Source of the DNA: Candidatus Bathyarchaeota archaeon
GTDB taxonomy: Archaea; Thermoproteota; Bathyarchaeia; Bathyarchaeales; DTEX01
DNA length: 43,233 nucleotides
Assembly: GCA_018396555.1 (NCBI GenBank)
Contig: JAGTQL010000001.1
Coordinates: forward strand, 22,273 to 65,505
Reading direction: 5' to 3'
The position numbers and the translations under genes are program-made. Positions within the stretch are counted from its first letter, which is position 1, and every line of letters starts with the position of its first letter. Below the pieces are notes generated by a model that did not search any database, had not been told where the DNA came from, and was given only the letters and a program-made list of their open reading frames with translations. Shown here piece by piece: positions 24,425 through 33,253 of the stretch.

Positions 24425-25087
24425 ATGGGTTTCGCCGCCCAAAAGCTTAAGTATTTCCGCGAGGAGGAACCGTACACGACGGTTACCGGTGAAACAGTAA
24501 GTTTAGTTGCGGAAGTTTTAGATCTTAAAATGGATGAGAATTCAATCTCCGGAGTGTTCAGCAGAGACTTTATCCGCAGCCGCCCCTACAGGCGTAAAAT
24601 ATCTGAGATGCCTGTGACTGAGGAATCACCATTCTGGATACGAAAATTTAACGATAGATTCTTCCTAATAGTTTTGGCGCCCTCAACAGCGCGGGGCATA
24701 AAGAAGCTGCTGACAAACTATGTCGCTAACAAACTGAGCAGGGTTCTATTCATAAAACCCAACGTCATACTTGAAGTTGAGATACCCCATGAGAAGCTCA
24801 AAAATTTACATGAGTCGAACCCGCAAGCGACAAAACTAATATGGTTTGACAACGTCGACATACCGGGCGTTGAGAAGCTCTGTCTAGCGGGCTCAGACCT
24901 CGCAGACACAAGCCTCTATCAGGATTATCTTAAGCATGGAAAAATCTGGTATGTTGTCTTTGAGGTTCAGAAAAGAGGCATGGTCATCGGGGTTGCAAGA
25001 AACTGCGTAGTAACCCTCTTCAGCAAAAGCCCAATAGGAGATTATATAGACTACATAACTGAGGATATTCTTCCACTTATCGAGTGA
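24425..25087 (+). CDS. Hypothetical protein (220 aa), no recognisable family
   Basis: A clean ORF with GAGGAGGT 5 nt upstream of the ATG at 24425. The amino-acid composition is balanced. I recognised no motifs. Confidence 0.5.
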   Translation: MGFAAQKLKYFREEEPYTTVTGETVSLVAEVLDLKMDENSISGVFSRDFIRSRPYRRKISEMPVTEESPFWIRKFNDRFFLIVLAPSTARGIKKLLTNYVANKLSRVLFIKPNVILEVEIPHEKLKNLHESNPQATKLIWFDNVDIPGVEKLCLAGSDLADTSLYQDYLKHGKIWYVVFEVQKRGMVIGVARNCVVTLFSKSPIGDYIDYITEDILPLIE

Positions 25088-25124
25088 GGGCCAAACTTGC
25101 GGCTGGATTTAAGGCAACAGCGCG

Positions 25125-26378
25125 CTACTCAGCTTCCACTATAGATTTCGGTTCCCACTCGCCCAAATGAACCTTAGGCTTATAGCCCCTTAAAGCCCCC
25201 GGATTAAACTTTATCCTCCTTCCCTTCTCGGCCGACATGTAGGCCGCCATCATGAGCTGCGTCACCAGCAGACCGTCCATCCAATTCTCCTCAGGCTGCG
25301 CACCCTTAAGGAAGCAGTCAACCATATATCTGTTCTCATCCTGATAACCATAGGTTATTGCCTCATTCGGTATTATGGGCATAAGCCCCTGCTCAGCCGC
25401 CTGCTTCTCAACAAACTCCTCCGTCGGCGGCGCCTTAATGTTCCTACTGAAGAAGACGCTTAGCTCCTGCTGCAAACTATTTATTGTAACCGAGTACTCC
25501 GGACCTAAAACCTCAAAGGTAAGCCTTAAGCCAGGGCCCACAAAGCTCCACGATGTCCTAGCCTCCGACAGAACTAGGCTGCCATCCTCATCCTCGTAAA
25601 CCACAAGCGTTAAGGCGTAATCTTCAGCCGGCGTCCGCCCATAATCAACACCGAAGTCCCTTTTAACCTTAGACAAGTAGGGCTCCCTAGTCCACTTAAG
25701 CGATGCAATCGTCGACTGGACAACCAAGGGTTTTAGGGAATCCTTAGGCTTATCAGGATTTATGAGCATATACCTGCTTGCCTCTAAGCTGTGGCATGTC
25801 ATGTCTAATAGGACCCCGCCGCCGGAAAGCTGAGGGTTCCAGAACCACGCCGAGTGGGGTCCACCGTGCTCCTCAGCAGCCCTGGCTAAATATGGTCTCC
25901 CAGAATATTTGGCGCCGTACTTCCATACGGCTTCCCTCGCCCTAGTAACGGATGGGGCGAAAACCTGATCTTCAAGGTAACCGTGCAGAAGCCCGGTCTT
26001 CTCAATCAACCTAACCATTTCCTCAGCCTCATCAACAGTCCTTGCGAGCGGTTTTTCGCAGCACACCCCAACAATATTTGTTTTGCCCTGCGAAGCCTCC
26101 TCAGCGATCGCCCTTACAACCTCAAGCCTCATAAAGTTTGGGTTAACTATCCAAACAGCATTAACCGAAGGGTCGGAGAGCATCTCCCTTAAATCCGTGT
26201 AAACCTTCGGCTTACCAACGCCCAAGGACTCCGCAAGCCTAGATAGCTGGCGGGCGCTTCCCTCCCTAACGTTATATATGGCCGCTATCTCAGCGTTCCT
26301 TATACCGGTCCAAGATAATGTGTGAAACCTCGCAACGAAACCTGAACCTATAAAACCAACGCCCAGCTTATCCAACAC
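25125..26378 (-). CDS. Gfo/Idh/MocA-family NAD(P)-dependent oxidoreductase
   Basis: LGVGFIGSGFVARFHTLSW is the N-terminal Rossmann G-x-G-x-x-G/A motif. CCEKPLA is the EKP motif. 417 aa. Confidence 0.85.
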   Translation of the reverse strand: MLDKLGVGFIGSGFVARFHTLSWTGIRNAEIAAIYNVREGSARQLSRLAESLGVGKPKVYTDLREMLSDPSVNAVWIVNPNFMRLEVVRAIAEEASQGKTNIVGVCCEKPLARTVDEAEEMVRLIEKTGLLHGYLEDQVFAPSVTRAREAVWKYGAKYSGRPYLARAAEEHGGPHSAWFWNPQLSGGGVLLDMTCHSLEASRYMLINPDKPKDSLKPLVVQSTIASLKWTREPYLSKVKRDFGVDYGRTPAEDYALTLVVYEDEDGSLVLSEARTSWSFVGPGLRLTFEVLGPEYSVTINSLQQELSVFFSRNIKAPPTEEFVEKQAAEQGLMPIIPNEAITYGYQDENRYMVDCFLKGAQPEENWMDGLLVTQLMMAAYMSAEKGRRIKFNPGALRGYKPKVHLGEWEPKSIVEAE

Positions 26379-26460
26379 CTTTCACCCTAAAAATGTTAAG
26401 ATAACAAATAATATTTTATTATTTTTTCCCTTCCCAGCAATTTTCAATATTTTATTGCTT

Positions 26461-27180
26461 TTACGTTAAATCTCCGCAGGCGCATTTAACCTCATAAAGT
26501 ATTGTTAAGAGCTCATCAAACCCAAATCCGGTTTTAGCCGATATCAGCGGAACCCTCTTAGGCGGGAAGAAGAAGCTCAATACCTTTAGGAGCTCCATAT
26601 CCATCTCCTCCCTCAGATTCGATGGTTTTCTGGCGTGAGTCTTCATCGGATCATTCAGGGCTTCCTTAATCCCAATTATTTCTTCGTGATCAAGAAGGTC
26701 CGCTTTATTTAGAACCGCTATAGTTTCGGTCTCAAGAGCGCAGTATGCTGTTAAAGCATAAAGATAGAAGCTTAGAAGATTCCCTTTTAATGCGGGGAGA
26801 TCCCCGATAAAAAGGCAGCATCTATCCGGAAACCCGCTAACTATTATTCTGCCAGCTTCTCTAAAGAGAAACGGCTCCAGCTGACCTGGAGTATCAAATA
26901 TCACATAATCTGAACCCTCAAACCTAGGAACAGTCATCCTGGCAAGCCGATTCATGGCTTCAAGAATAGCCCCATTAGGACCCAGATTCTCCTCACGCAT
27001 TATGCTCTCAACCGTAAAATTAGACCTAATATCGAAATCCGGCTCATAGCCCGGATCAAGAACGCCCGGATCTAAATTAACAAGCCTAACTACATAACCT
27101 TCACTAGTCAAGTATGATGAGAAATTCTTCGCCAACAAGCTTTTACCTGAACCAGCCGGACCAAGAATAAATATATTCAT
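26461..27180 (-). CDS. GPN-loop GTPase
   Basis: Walker A is ILGPAGSGKS. NLDPG and the diagnostic LGPNGA (GPN loop) are present. DTPGQLE and NKADL are also present. Confidence 0.85.
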   Translation of the reverse strand: MNIFILGPAGSGKSLLAKNFSSYLTSEGYVVRLVNLDPGVLDPGYEPDFDIRSNFTVESIMREENLGPNGAILEAMNRLARMTVPRFEGSDYVIFDTPGQLEPFLFREAGRIIVSGFPDRCCLFIGDLPALKGNLLSFYLYALTAYCALETETIAVLNKADLLDHEEIIGIKEALNDPMKTHARKPSNLREEMDMELLKVLSFFFPPKRVPLISAKTGFGFDELLTILYEVKCACGDLT

Positions 27181-27376
27181 ATCCGCTCACAGTAAATTAA
27201 TCCTTAACATCATCTTAAACCTTTGTTTAACTAGCCAAATAGAGCCAAATTGCTGAGAAGCAGAATGCACTTCTATTCGACGAGAGAGTTAGGCTTTCAT
27301 CCTGGATTTGCTGAGCCTTTTGGCAAGGTTTAAATATGTAGATGTTGTTTTAAATTGTATACGGAGGCACAGTTCT

Positions 27377-27682
27377 TTGTCCGAGGTTGTGTCGGCCAGG
27401 TTGCCCAAAGAAAAAGTTAGGCTTGTGGAGGAGATAGCCAGAGAAGAGAAGGTTGATAAGTCAACTATTTTGGAGAGGGCTTTAGATCATTACACTCGAG
27501 AGTGGAAGCTCAGGAAGGCTGTGGAATTATACAGGGATGGGTGTGTTACGATTTCAAGAGCTGCTGAAATCGCTGAAATCTCAGTTTGGGAAATGATCGA
27601 TGTACTGGCGCAGAGGAAAGTTGCACATCAGTATGGCGTTGAGGATTTGGAAGAGGATTTGAAGGCGCTTGAAAGCAGATAA
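27377..27682 (+). CDS. UPF0175-family antitoxin-like protein with an RHH-like N-terminus
   Basis: RLPKEKVRLVEEIAREEKVDKSTILERAL is followed by AVELYRDGCVTISRAAEIAEISVWEMIDVL, the UPF0175 HTH pattern. I chose the TTG at 27377, 8 nt after GGAGG. The tracked ORF starts at 27308. Confidence 0.65.
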   Translation: MSEVVSARLPKEKVRLVEEIAREEKVDKSTILERALDHYTREWKLRKAVELYRDGCVTISRAAEIAEISVWEMIDVLAQRKVAHQYGVEDLEEDLKALESR

Positions 27683-28205
27683 ACCCCTTACAGTGGTTTC
27701 AAACTCAACCCCACTAATATATCTGGCGAAGATTGGCAGGCTGAGCATCATCCGAAACGTTTTTGAAAAAATCTTTATTCAAGAAGCAGTCTTTGAAGAA
27801 GCTGTAATCAGGGGAAAGGCGCTGAACATGAGCGACGCACACATCATTGAAAGGGCTGTGGGAACATGGATCATCAAGGAACGGATACGACAAGAAATAG
27901 ACGCTGAATACCGCTTCTTAGATACTAATACAAGGCTTGGTTCAGGTGAGAAGGAAGCTATCAAACTATGTAAACAGATAAACGCAAAATACCTAATAGC
28001 AGATGACAAAGAGGCAAGAAGAGTGTCAAAAATGCTTAGTATAACACCCATAGGAACATGCAGCATAATAATCCAAGCCTACAAACAAAAGGCGATAACA
28101 AAGAATGAAGCAGTCCAGATTATGGATGACCTTTTGAAAGTTGGATTTAGAATCAACCCAGAATTATACTGCAGGATACTTCACGAATTAGAATTCCAAC
28201 GATAG
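27669..28205 (+). CDS. DUF3368-type PIN-like nuclease (toxin partner of UPF0175)
   Basis: VVSNSTPLIYLAKIGRLSIIRNVF...GSGEKEAIKLC...LIADDKEARRV...ITPIGTCSII. It overlaps the upstream gene by 14 nt. Confidence 0.7.
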   Translation: MKADKPLTVVSNSTPLIYLAKIGRLSIIRNVFEKIFIQEAVFEEAVIRGKALNMSDAHIIERAVGTWIIKERIRQEIDAEYRFLDTNTRLGSGEKEAIKLCKQINAKYLIADDKEARRVSKMLSITPIGTCSIIIQAYKQKAITKNEAVQIMDDLLKVGFRINPELYCRILHELEFQR

Positions 28206-28251
28206 GGTTAGCTTAACTACAACTAAAAGAAAACGGTCGGATTTTTGCAGA

Positions 28252-28393
28252 ACGCTCATATAAAGCTGATGATACATGGTCTTTTCCATTCCACAATTCC
28301 TCTAAAATAAGACCAAAACGTGCTCTACCGGAACAGAAATCATGAAGAAGAATGTAATTTAGAAGCTATGTACCGTCTCCTTTATATGAGCGT
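28252..28393 (+). mobile_element. MITE copy B (142 bp) with perfect 14-bp terminal inverted repeats and a 6-bp target-site duplication
   Basis: The TIRs are ACGCTCATATAAAG (28252-28265) and CTTTATATGAGCGT (28380-28393). TGCAGA flanks both ends (28246-28251 and 28394-28399). There is no ORF inside. A homologous inverted copy lies at 10774-10914. Confidence 0.8.
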
Positions 28394-28543
28394 TGCAGAA
28401 TTTACTCGGTCTTCCCTAAAGATTTGCTGATCTTGCGTGTAAGTTTAGCTAGCATTAAAATGGTTTGAGGGCGTAGAAACTTTTAAGCCGGATTTGCTGC
28501 ATCCTAATCCTTTAACCATATCCTACCTCAGCCATCTCAGCCA

Positions 28544-29194
28544 CTATTTCTCCACCACCAAGCTTAGGGCATACTCGATTTTTCTAATCCTAGCGAAGCC
28601 TGCAAGCCTCAAGCGTTCAATTATCCCCTTCAAATAGTTTTTCCCCTGCCTTACCCCAGGCCTGCCAACATAATGCAGAAGCCTTCCATTATCTTTAAGA
28701 ACCCTGAAAAGCTGCCTGTAAAATTCCAGCGAATAAAGTTCCGGAGCAATGCTTATTCTTGGCGGATCATGAATGATGAAGTTGAAGTGTTTGTCCTCAA
28801 ATTTCTGCACCTCCCAGAATGCATCCCCAATTATCAGCTCAATCTTTTCATTTTCAAAAAGGTCTCTTGAAAACGGGTTCTGCCTAGCTATCAGAATCAC
28901 GTTCTCATCTTTCTCGATGGTTATAACCTTCCTAACCTCTTTCATTTTAGCTGCTAGAGTAGCCGTATAGCCTAAACCTGTGCAGCAGTCAAGGATAACG
29001 CCGTAGATTTTCCCAAGGGCCTTAATCTTCAGAAGGGCGTCGGTTTTAGGATCTACAGCATCAGCCCTATGCATGCGTACACCAGACACCTCAAGATATG
29101 GCCAAGTTCCGGTTTTAACAAGCCTATAGAATTTTCCAGTTTTTTCACTAAAGAATTTTATTTCATCTGTTGGCGTATTCATTCCTAAGAGCAT
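28544..29194 (-). CDS. Class I SAM-dependent methyltransferase
   Basis: Motif I is VILDCCTGLGYTA. IIHDPPR is a DPP(Y/R)-like motif IV. The substrate is unknown. Confidence 0.7.
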   Translation of the reverse strand: MLLGMNTPTDEIKFFSEKTGKFYRLVKTGTWPYLEVSGVRMHRADAVDPKTDALLKIKALGKIYGVILDCCTGLGYTATLAAKMKEVRKVITIEKDENVILIARQNPFSRDLFENEKIELIIGDAFWEVQKFEDKHFNFIIHDPPRISIAPELYSLEFYRQLFRVLKDNGRLLHYVGRPGVRQGKNYLKGIIERLRLAGFARIRKIEYALSLVVEK

Positions 29195-29241
29195 CTAACC
29201 CTTCTATTTGCGGGATAAATTTTTAACCTTCCCCTTTAAGC

Positions 29242-29892
29242 TTATGTTTCGTATTTTTCACCGGGCTTGAGCAGAACAACCTTAATCTTTGAGGATTTTT
29301 CAACTTTTCTCCTGAACTCTTCAGGATCAGTGTCCCATCTATGCATCGGAATTACAACTTGAGGGTTTATCGCTATAGCTGCCTCAGCCGCCTCCGGATT
29401 ATCCATCGTATATGTTCCTCCGCTCGGCAATAGGGCCAAATGAACTTTTCGATCCTTTAAATCCCTCATTTCGGGGATGAAGTCTGTGTCCCCAGCATGA
29501 TAAATCGTTCTGCCATTGATGGTCATTAAATAGCCAACGCCAAAACCCTTCGGATGGAAGGGGTTTCCCGGAGATCTGAAGCGCCTCACATTATATGAGT
29601 GAACCGCCTCAACGGTTACGTTATCCACACTTATTTTTTCACCTGGCTTAATCGCCCTAACTCTTCCACCTATTTTTGACGCGCATTCAGCGGGGGCAAT
29701 AATCAACGTGTCGTCTCTGCGCACCGCCTTAATCTTCGATGTATCACAATGATCGAAGTGGGAATGCGTCACCAAAATTATATCCGCCTTATCAAGATAT
29801 TTGCCCTCATATGGATCGATGTAAATATTTTTACCATCAGCCGTTATTTGGAAGCTGGCATGCCCAAGCCACTTAACCGCTATATTAACCAT
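29242..29892 (-). CDS. Metallo-beta-lactamase-fold hydrolase (UPF0173-like)
   Basis: MVNIAVKWLGHASFQITADGKNIYIDPY...ILVTHSHFDHCD carries the H-x-H-x-D-H motif. I trimmed the tracked ORF (to 30000) to the ATG at 29892. Confidence 0.8.
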   Translation of the reverse strand: MVNIAVKWLGHASFQITADGKNIYIDPYEGKYLDKADIILVTHSHFDHCDTSKIKAVRRDDTLIIAPAECASKIGGRVRAIKPGEKISVDNVTVEAVHSYNVRRFRSPGNPFHPKGFGVGYLMTINGRTIYHAGDTDFIPEMRDLKDRKVHLALLPSGGTYTMDNPEAAEAAIAINPQVVIPMHRWDTDPEEFRRKVEKSSKIKVVLLKPGEKYET

Positions 29893-30094
29893 TTCACAAT
29901 CACCTAATCCTTCGCTGTTTAACTCGACATAATATATTAGGCTTTTAGCAGATTTATTTCTATCGATCCCCCGCTGATGGAATGTTATTTCAACCTCCAC
30001 AGATGAAGCCGCTCCCTAAAGAATCTACGTAAATTCGCTAAGGCTTAAAAGATCTTTCATCTAAGAATTTAATTGGGGAAAGCGGTGGGAAAAT

Positions 30095-31507
30095 ATGCTT
30101 CAAAAGGAAGATTTCAAGGTTAAGATCGGTTTCGTCCCATCCCACAGAAGCATCTTTGATGAAAACTGGGCCATCAGCATGCGTAAACGCTGCATTGATG
30201 CTTTCTCAAGCGTTGAGGGACTAGAGCTTATAGTTCCAGATGAAAACATAACTAAGAAGGGGCTTGTCTCAGATGAGGAGGACGCTGACAAAACCATTCA
30301 GCTATTCAAAGAGAATGAGGTGGACGGAGTAATAATTGGAACGATGACGTTTGGAGAGGAAGTCCCGGCTCTAAAGGTTGCAAGCGCCTTTTCAGAGAAA
30401 CCAATCCTACTGTTCGGCACTAAGGAGGGGCCCTTCACCCCTGAAGGAAAAAGGCTCTCAGACTCCTTCTGCGGAACACTATCGATTTCCTCCGGGCTCT
30501 ACCGTAGAAAAATACCCTTCTTGTTTGCTGGAATAATCTTTCCTGAGGAAGAAGAGTTTAAGGAGGCTGTTGAAAACTTCGTTCGGGTATGCGCGGTTTT
30601 CAAGGGATTCATAGGCGCAAGAATCGGGCAGGTTGGTCCCCGACCTAGACCTTTTGAAACCTGCATCTTTAATGAGGCAGTCCTAGTTGAGCGCTTCAAA
30701 CAAACCGTTATCCCAGTACCGCTATCTGAAATCTTCGACGCAGCCAATAGTTTAAGCAATGAAGACCCAGATGTTCAAAAAGTGCTTGGGGAGATAGAGT
30801 CTCAGGCGGATGTCTCCCAAATTGGGCGTGAGACGCTGATTAAGCTCGCAAAGCTTGAGGTTGCTCTAGGCAGATTCGCTGAGGAAAATAAAATATCCGC
30901 CATGGGTGTTCAATGCTGGACCTCGATGCAGGACATATATGGAACATCATCATGCCTACCAATGGCCAGATTAACCGACAGGGGAATAATGTCATCCTGC
31001 GAGGTCGACATTTATGGGGCTCTAACGATGCTAATACAGTATTTAGCCAGTTTAAAGAAGATTCCGCCGCACTTCATTGATTGGACGATACAGCATCAGG
31101 AGAAAGAAAATGTTTTCCTAGCTTGGCACTGCGGGAACGCACCTCCATCACTGGCCTGTGAGGGGTGCCCAAGATTTGTAAGGGGACATTTCGTCATGGA
31201 GGAAACTAAGCCGGGTAAAGCCTTTGGAACCATCGAGTTTCAGCTTAAGCCTGGTGTTGTCACAATATGCCGCCTAGTTGAGTATGATGGTGAATTCAAG
31301 ATGCTCATAACTAAGGGCGAAATTAAATATAGCCTAGATAATCTCCGCGGAGCATGGAGCTGGGTTGAGGTGCCAAATCTGAAATTCCTATACAGGGTTC
31401 TTGCTGAAGAAGGGTTCATACATCACGCAAGCATGATCCACGGCGACTACACCAAAGCCATAATGGACGCATGCAAATTCCTCGGAATAGATGCGGTGGT
31501 CGTCTAG
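30095..31507 (+). CDS. L-fucose/L-arabinose isomerase-family sugar isomerase
   Basis: 470 aa. KIGFVPSHRSIFDENWA...VDGVIIGTMTFGEE...ISAMGVQCWTSMQ...SSCEVDIYGALTM resembles COG2407-type isomerases. Confidence 0.7.
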   Translation: MLQKEDFKVKIGFVPSHRSIFDENWAISMRKRCIDAFSSVEGLELIVPDENITKKGLVSDEEDADKTIQLFKENEVDGVIIGTMTFGEEVPALKVASAFSEKPILLFGTKEGPFTPEGKRLSDSFCGTLSISSGLYRRKIPFLFAGIIFPEEEEFKEAVENFVRVCAVFKGFIGARIGQVGPRPRPFETCIFNEAVLVERFKQTVIPVPLSEIFDAANSLSNEDPDVQKVLGEIESQADVSQIGRETLIKLAKLEVALGRFAEENKISAMGVQCWTSMQDIYGTSSCLPMARLTDRGIMSSCEVDIYGALTMLIQYLASLKKIPPHFIDWTIQHQEKENVFLAWHCGNAPPSLACEGCPRFVRGHFVMEETKPGKAFGTIEFQLKPGVVTICRLVEYDGEFKMLITKGEIKYSLDNLRGAWSWVEVPNLKFLYRVLAEEGFIHHASMIHGDYTKAIMDACKFLGIDAVVV

Positions 31508-31640
31508 AAGGAAACCTATTTTCCCTAAATCTCTTTATTTTTTCTTTTCATCTTATAGAAATGTTTGGTATTTTCTGGTTTAAGGGAGAATCACTAGGTT
31601 ATACAACCTGCAGCCAATAGGAATTTATCTTTTTGCCCTG

Positions 31641-32015
31641 ATGGATTTGAAATATAGTTTCCCAATTAATAAAGATTTAATGATTCTTTCAGGATATTTC
31701 TTAGTGAAACGAAGAACGTCCGTGATTAGGAACCAGTTCGCATATAGGAGGATGGTTGGAAAGTTGAAGAGTTTAGTGGAAGAGGAGGAAGAGGAGGAAT
31801 TAGAACTCGTCGAGGTTAAATTAAGGCTGCCTAAACCAGTGATTGACTTCCTGAAGATATTCATGACTGAAGATGAGATCTCGGAGTTTCTCTACTACAA
31901 AATCATTATTGCTGGCCTAAAGGATAGACTGGCAATCGAAGCTAAAGATTGGGTTCTGAAACTTGCAGAGAGACAAGGCTTAAACAGAATATTCGAAGAA
32001 ATACTTGAGGAATAA
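31641..32015 (+). CDS. Hypothetical protein with a poly-Glu tract
   Basis: The ORF is not well supported. The start may instead be the internal MVGKLKS... It contains VEEEEEEELELVEV. I recognised no family. Confidence 0.3.
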   Translation: MDLKYSFPINKDLMILSGYFLVKRRTSVIRNQFAYRRMVGKLKSLVEEEEEEELELVEVKLRLPKPVIDFLKIFMTEDEISEFLYYKIIIAGLKDRLAIEAKDWVLKLAERQGLNRIFEEILEE

Positions 32016-32294
32016 ACTCCAAATCCCCTTTTTATATAGAAGTCTAGACGATTAAACAATGCCTAGAGGTAAGGCTCCAATGGCGAATTCATGAAACCTG
32101 CGCGCTCCTACGCATCTTATGAGCCTAGTGGGAAAAAGGGCTTAATTAATCCTTTTTATAATCCATAAGAAAGCCTCTACGATTTCAGTTTTAGAGCCGC
32201 CTTCTTCTTATTTAGAATAACGCTGGGAATCGTCGTAAATTTTATATCCGGTATAGGGGTAAGGGGTATCATCTCTTAACCAGAGGTATTATGA

Positions 32295-33224
32295 ATGAAG
32301 TTTGGTTGTTGCGTATGGACCGTCCGCTGGAAGGCGCCATATGAGGATGCTATTAAGAGGATATCTAGATTGGGCTTTAAAGGTGTTGAGTTAATCGCGT
32401 GGGATAGAAAAACGCTGGACGAATATTACACGCCTGGAAAAATAAGGGAACTAAGAGAACTTGTGAACTCTTTAGGTATGGAAATAACGGAGTTCGTCTC
32501 AACACCGCGGGGAATGAGCAGCTTGAGAGGGGAAGATCAGGACGGGGCTTTAAGCCATTTTAAGAGGCTAGTAGAGGTGGCTTCCGAGATAGGGACAAAA
32601 ATCGTGAACACCGTGGCCCCATGGCCATTCTCCGATATTCCTAGTCCAGATATAAAGAGAAGACCTTTAATGCAGACGTTTTTAATGCCGGAGAATCTCC
32701 CATACGACTTAGACATGGATCTGGTTTGGAATAGCTATGTTAACCTTATGAGGAAATTCGCCGATCTGGTTGAGGATGCAGGTATGCGCTACGCTATTGA
32801 GCCTCACCCCTTCAGATTAATATGCAATGCAGATGGTATGTTAAGGCTTCTTGAGCATGTTGGTTCGAAGGCTATTGGGATGAATTGGGATCCAAGCCAC
32901 CTTTTCCCTTCAGGTGAAACACCGGCAATAAGCATACTGAAGTTGAAGGGGCGGATTTTCCATACTCACATATCTGACAATGACGCTATGACAAACGTTC
33001 ACTGGAGGCCTGGAAAGGGGAAAATCGACTGGAAAAGCTGCTTAAGAGCTATGAAAGCTATTGGGTATGATAACGTGTTATCACTTGAACTAGAAGATGC
33101 ACCCGGGGCAAGTTCACAAAATGGCCCCAGAAATGCGGAGCGAATTTTCGACATGGAACTAAACATAGCAATGAGATTCTTAGAAGAAATAGCTGAAGAA
33201 GTTAATATCAAAGTAGAGAAATAA
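32295..33224 (+). CDS. Sugar phosphate isomerase/epimerase (xylose isomerase-like TIM barrel)
   Basis: KFGCCVW...RLGFKGVELIAWD...YAIEPHPF...NWDPSHL...HISDND...LSLELED. These are the conserved E/D/H metal ligands of AP_endonuc_2-fold proteins. Confidence 0.8.
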   Translation: MKFGCCVWTVRWKAPYEDAIKRISRLGFKGVELIAWDRKTLDEYYTPGKIRELRELVNSLGMEITEFVSTPRGMSSLRGEDQDGALSHFKRLVEVASEIGTKIVNTVAPWPFSDIPSPDIKRRPLMQTFLMPENLPYDLDMDLVWNSYVNLMRKFADLVEDAGMRYAIEPHPFRLICNADGMLRLLEHVGSKAIGMNWDPSHLFPSGETPAISILKLKGRIFHTHISDNDAMTNVHWRPGKGKIDWKSCLRAMKAIGYDNVLSLELEDAPGASSQNGPRNAERIFDMELNIAMRFLEEIAEEVNIKVEK

Positions 33225-33253
33225 TCTATGTTTAGTTGAGAGGTTTATAGAGC

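Noticed and set aside
28266-28345. CTGATGAT (C-box-like) inside the MITE, and ATGATGG...CTGA at 34362-34452, as possible C/D-box sRNAs
   Set aside because: There is no properly spaced D box (CUGA) or C'/D' pair and no terminal stem. The second candidate is ~85 nt long and contains a T6 run.
31625-31864. Minus-strand ORF with a poly-Ser run
   Set aside because: It is the complement of the poly-Glu tract (GAA/GAG repeats read as TTC/CTC). It is an artefact of low-complexity sequence.
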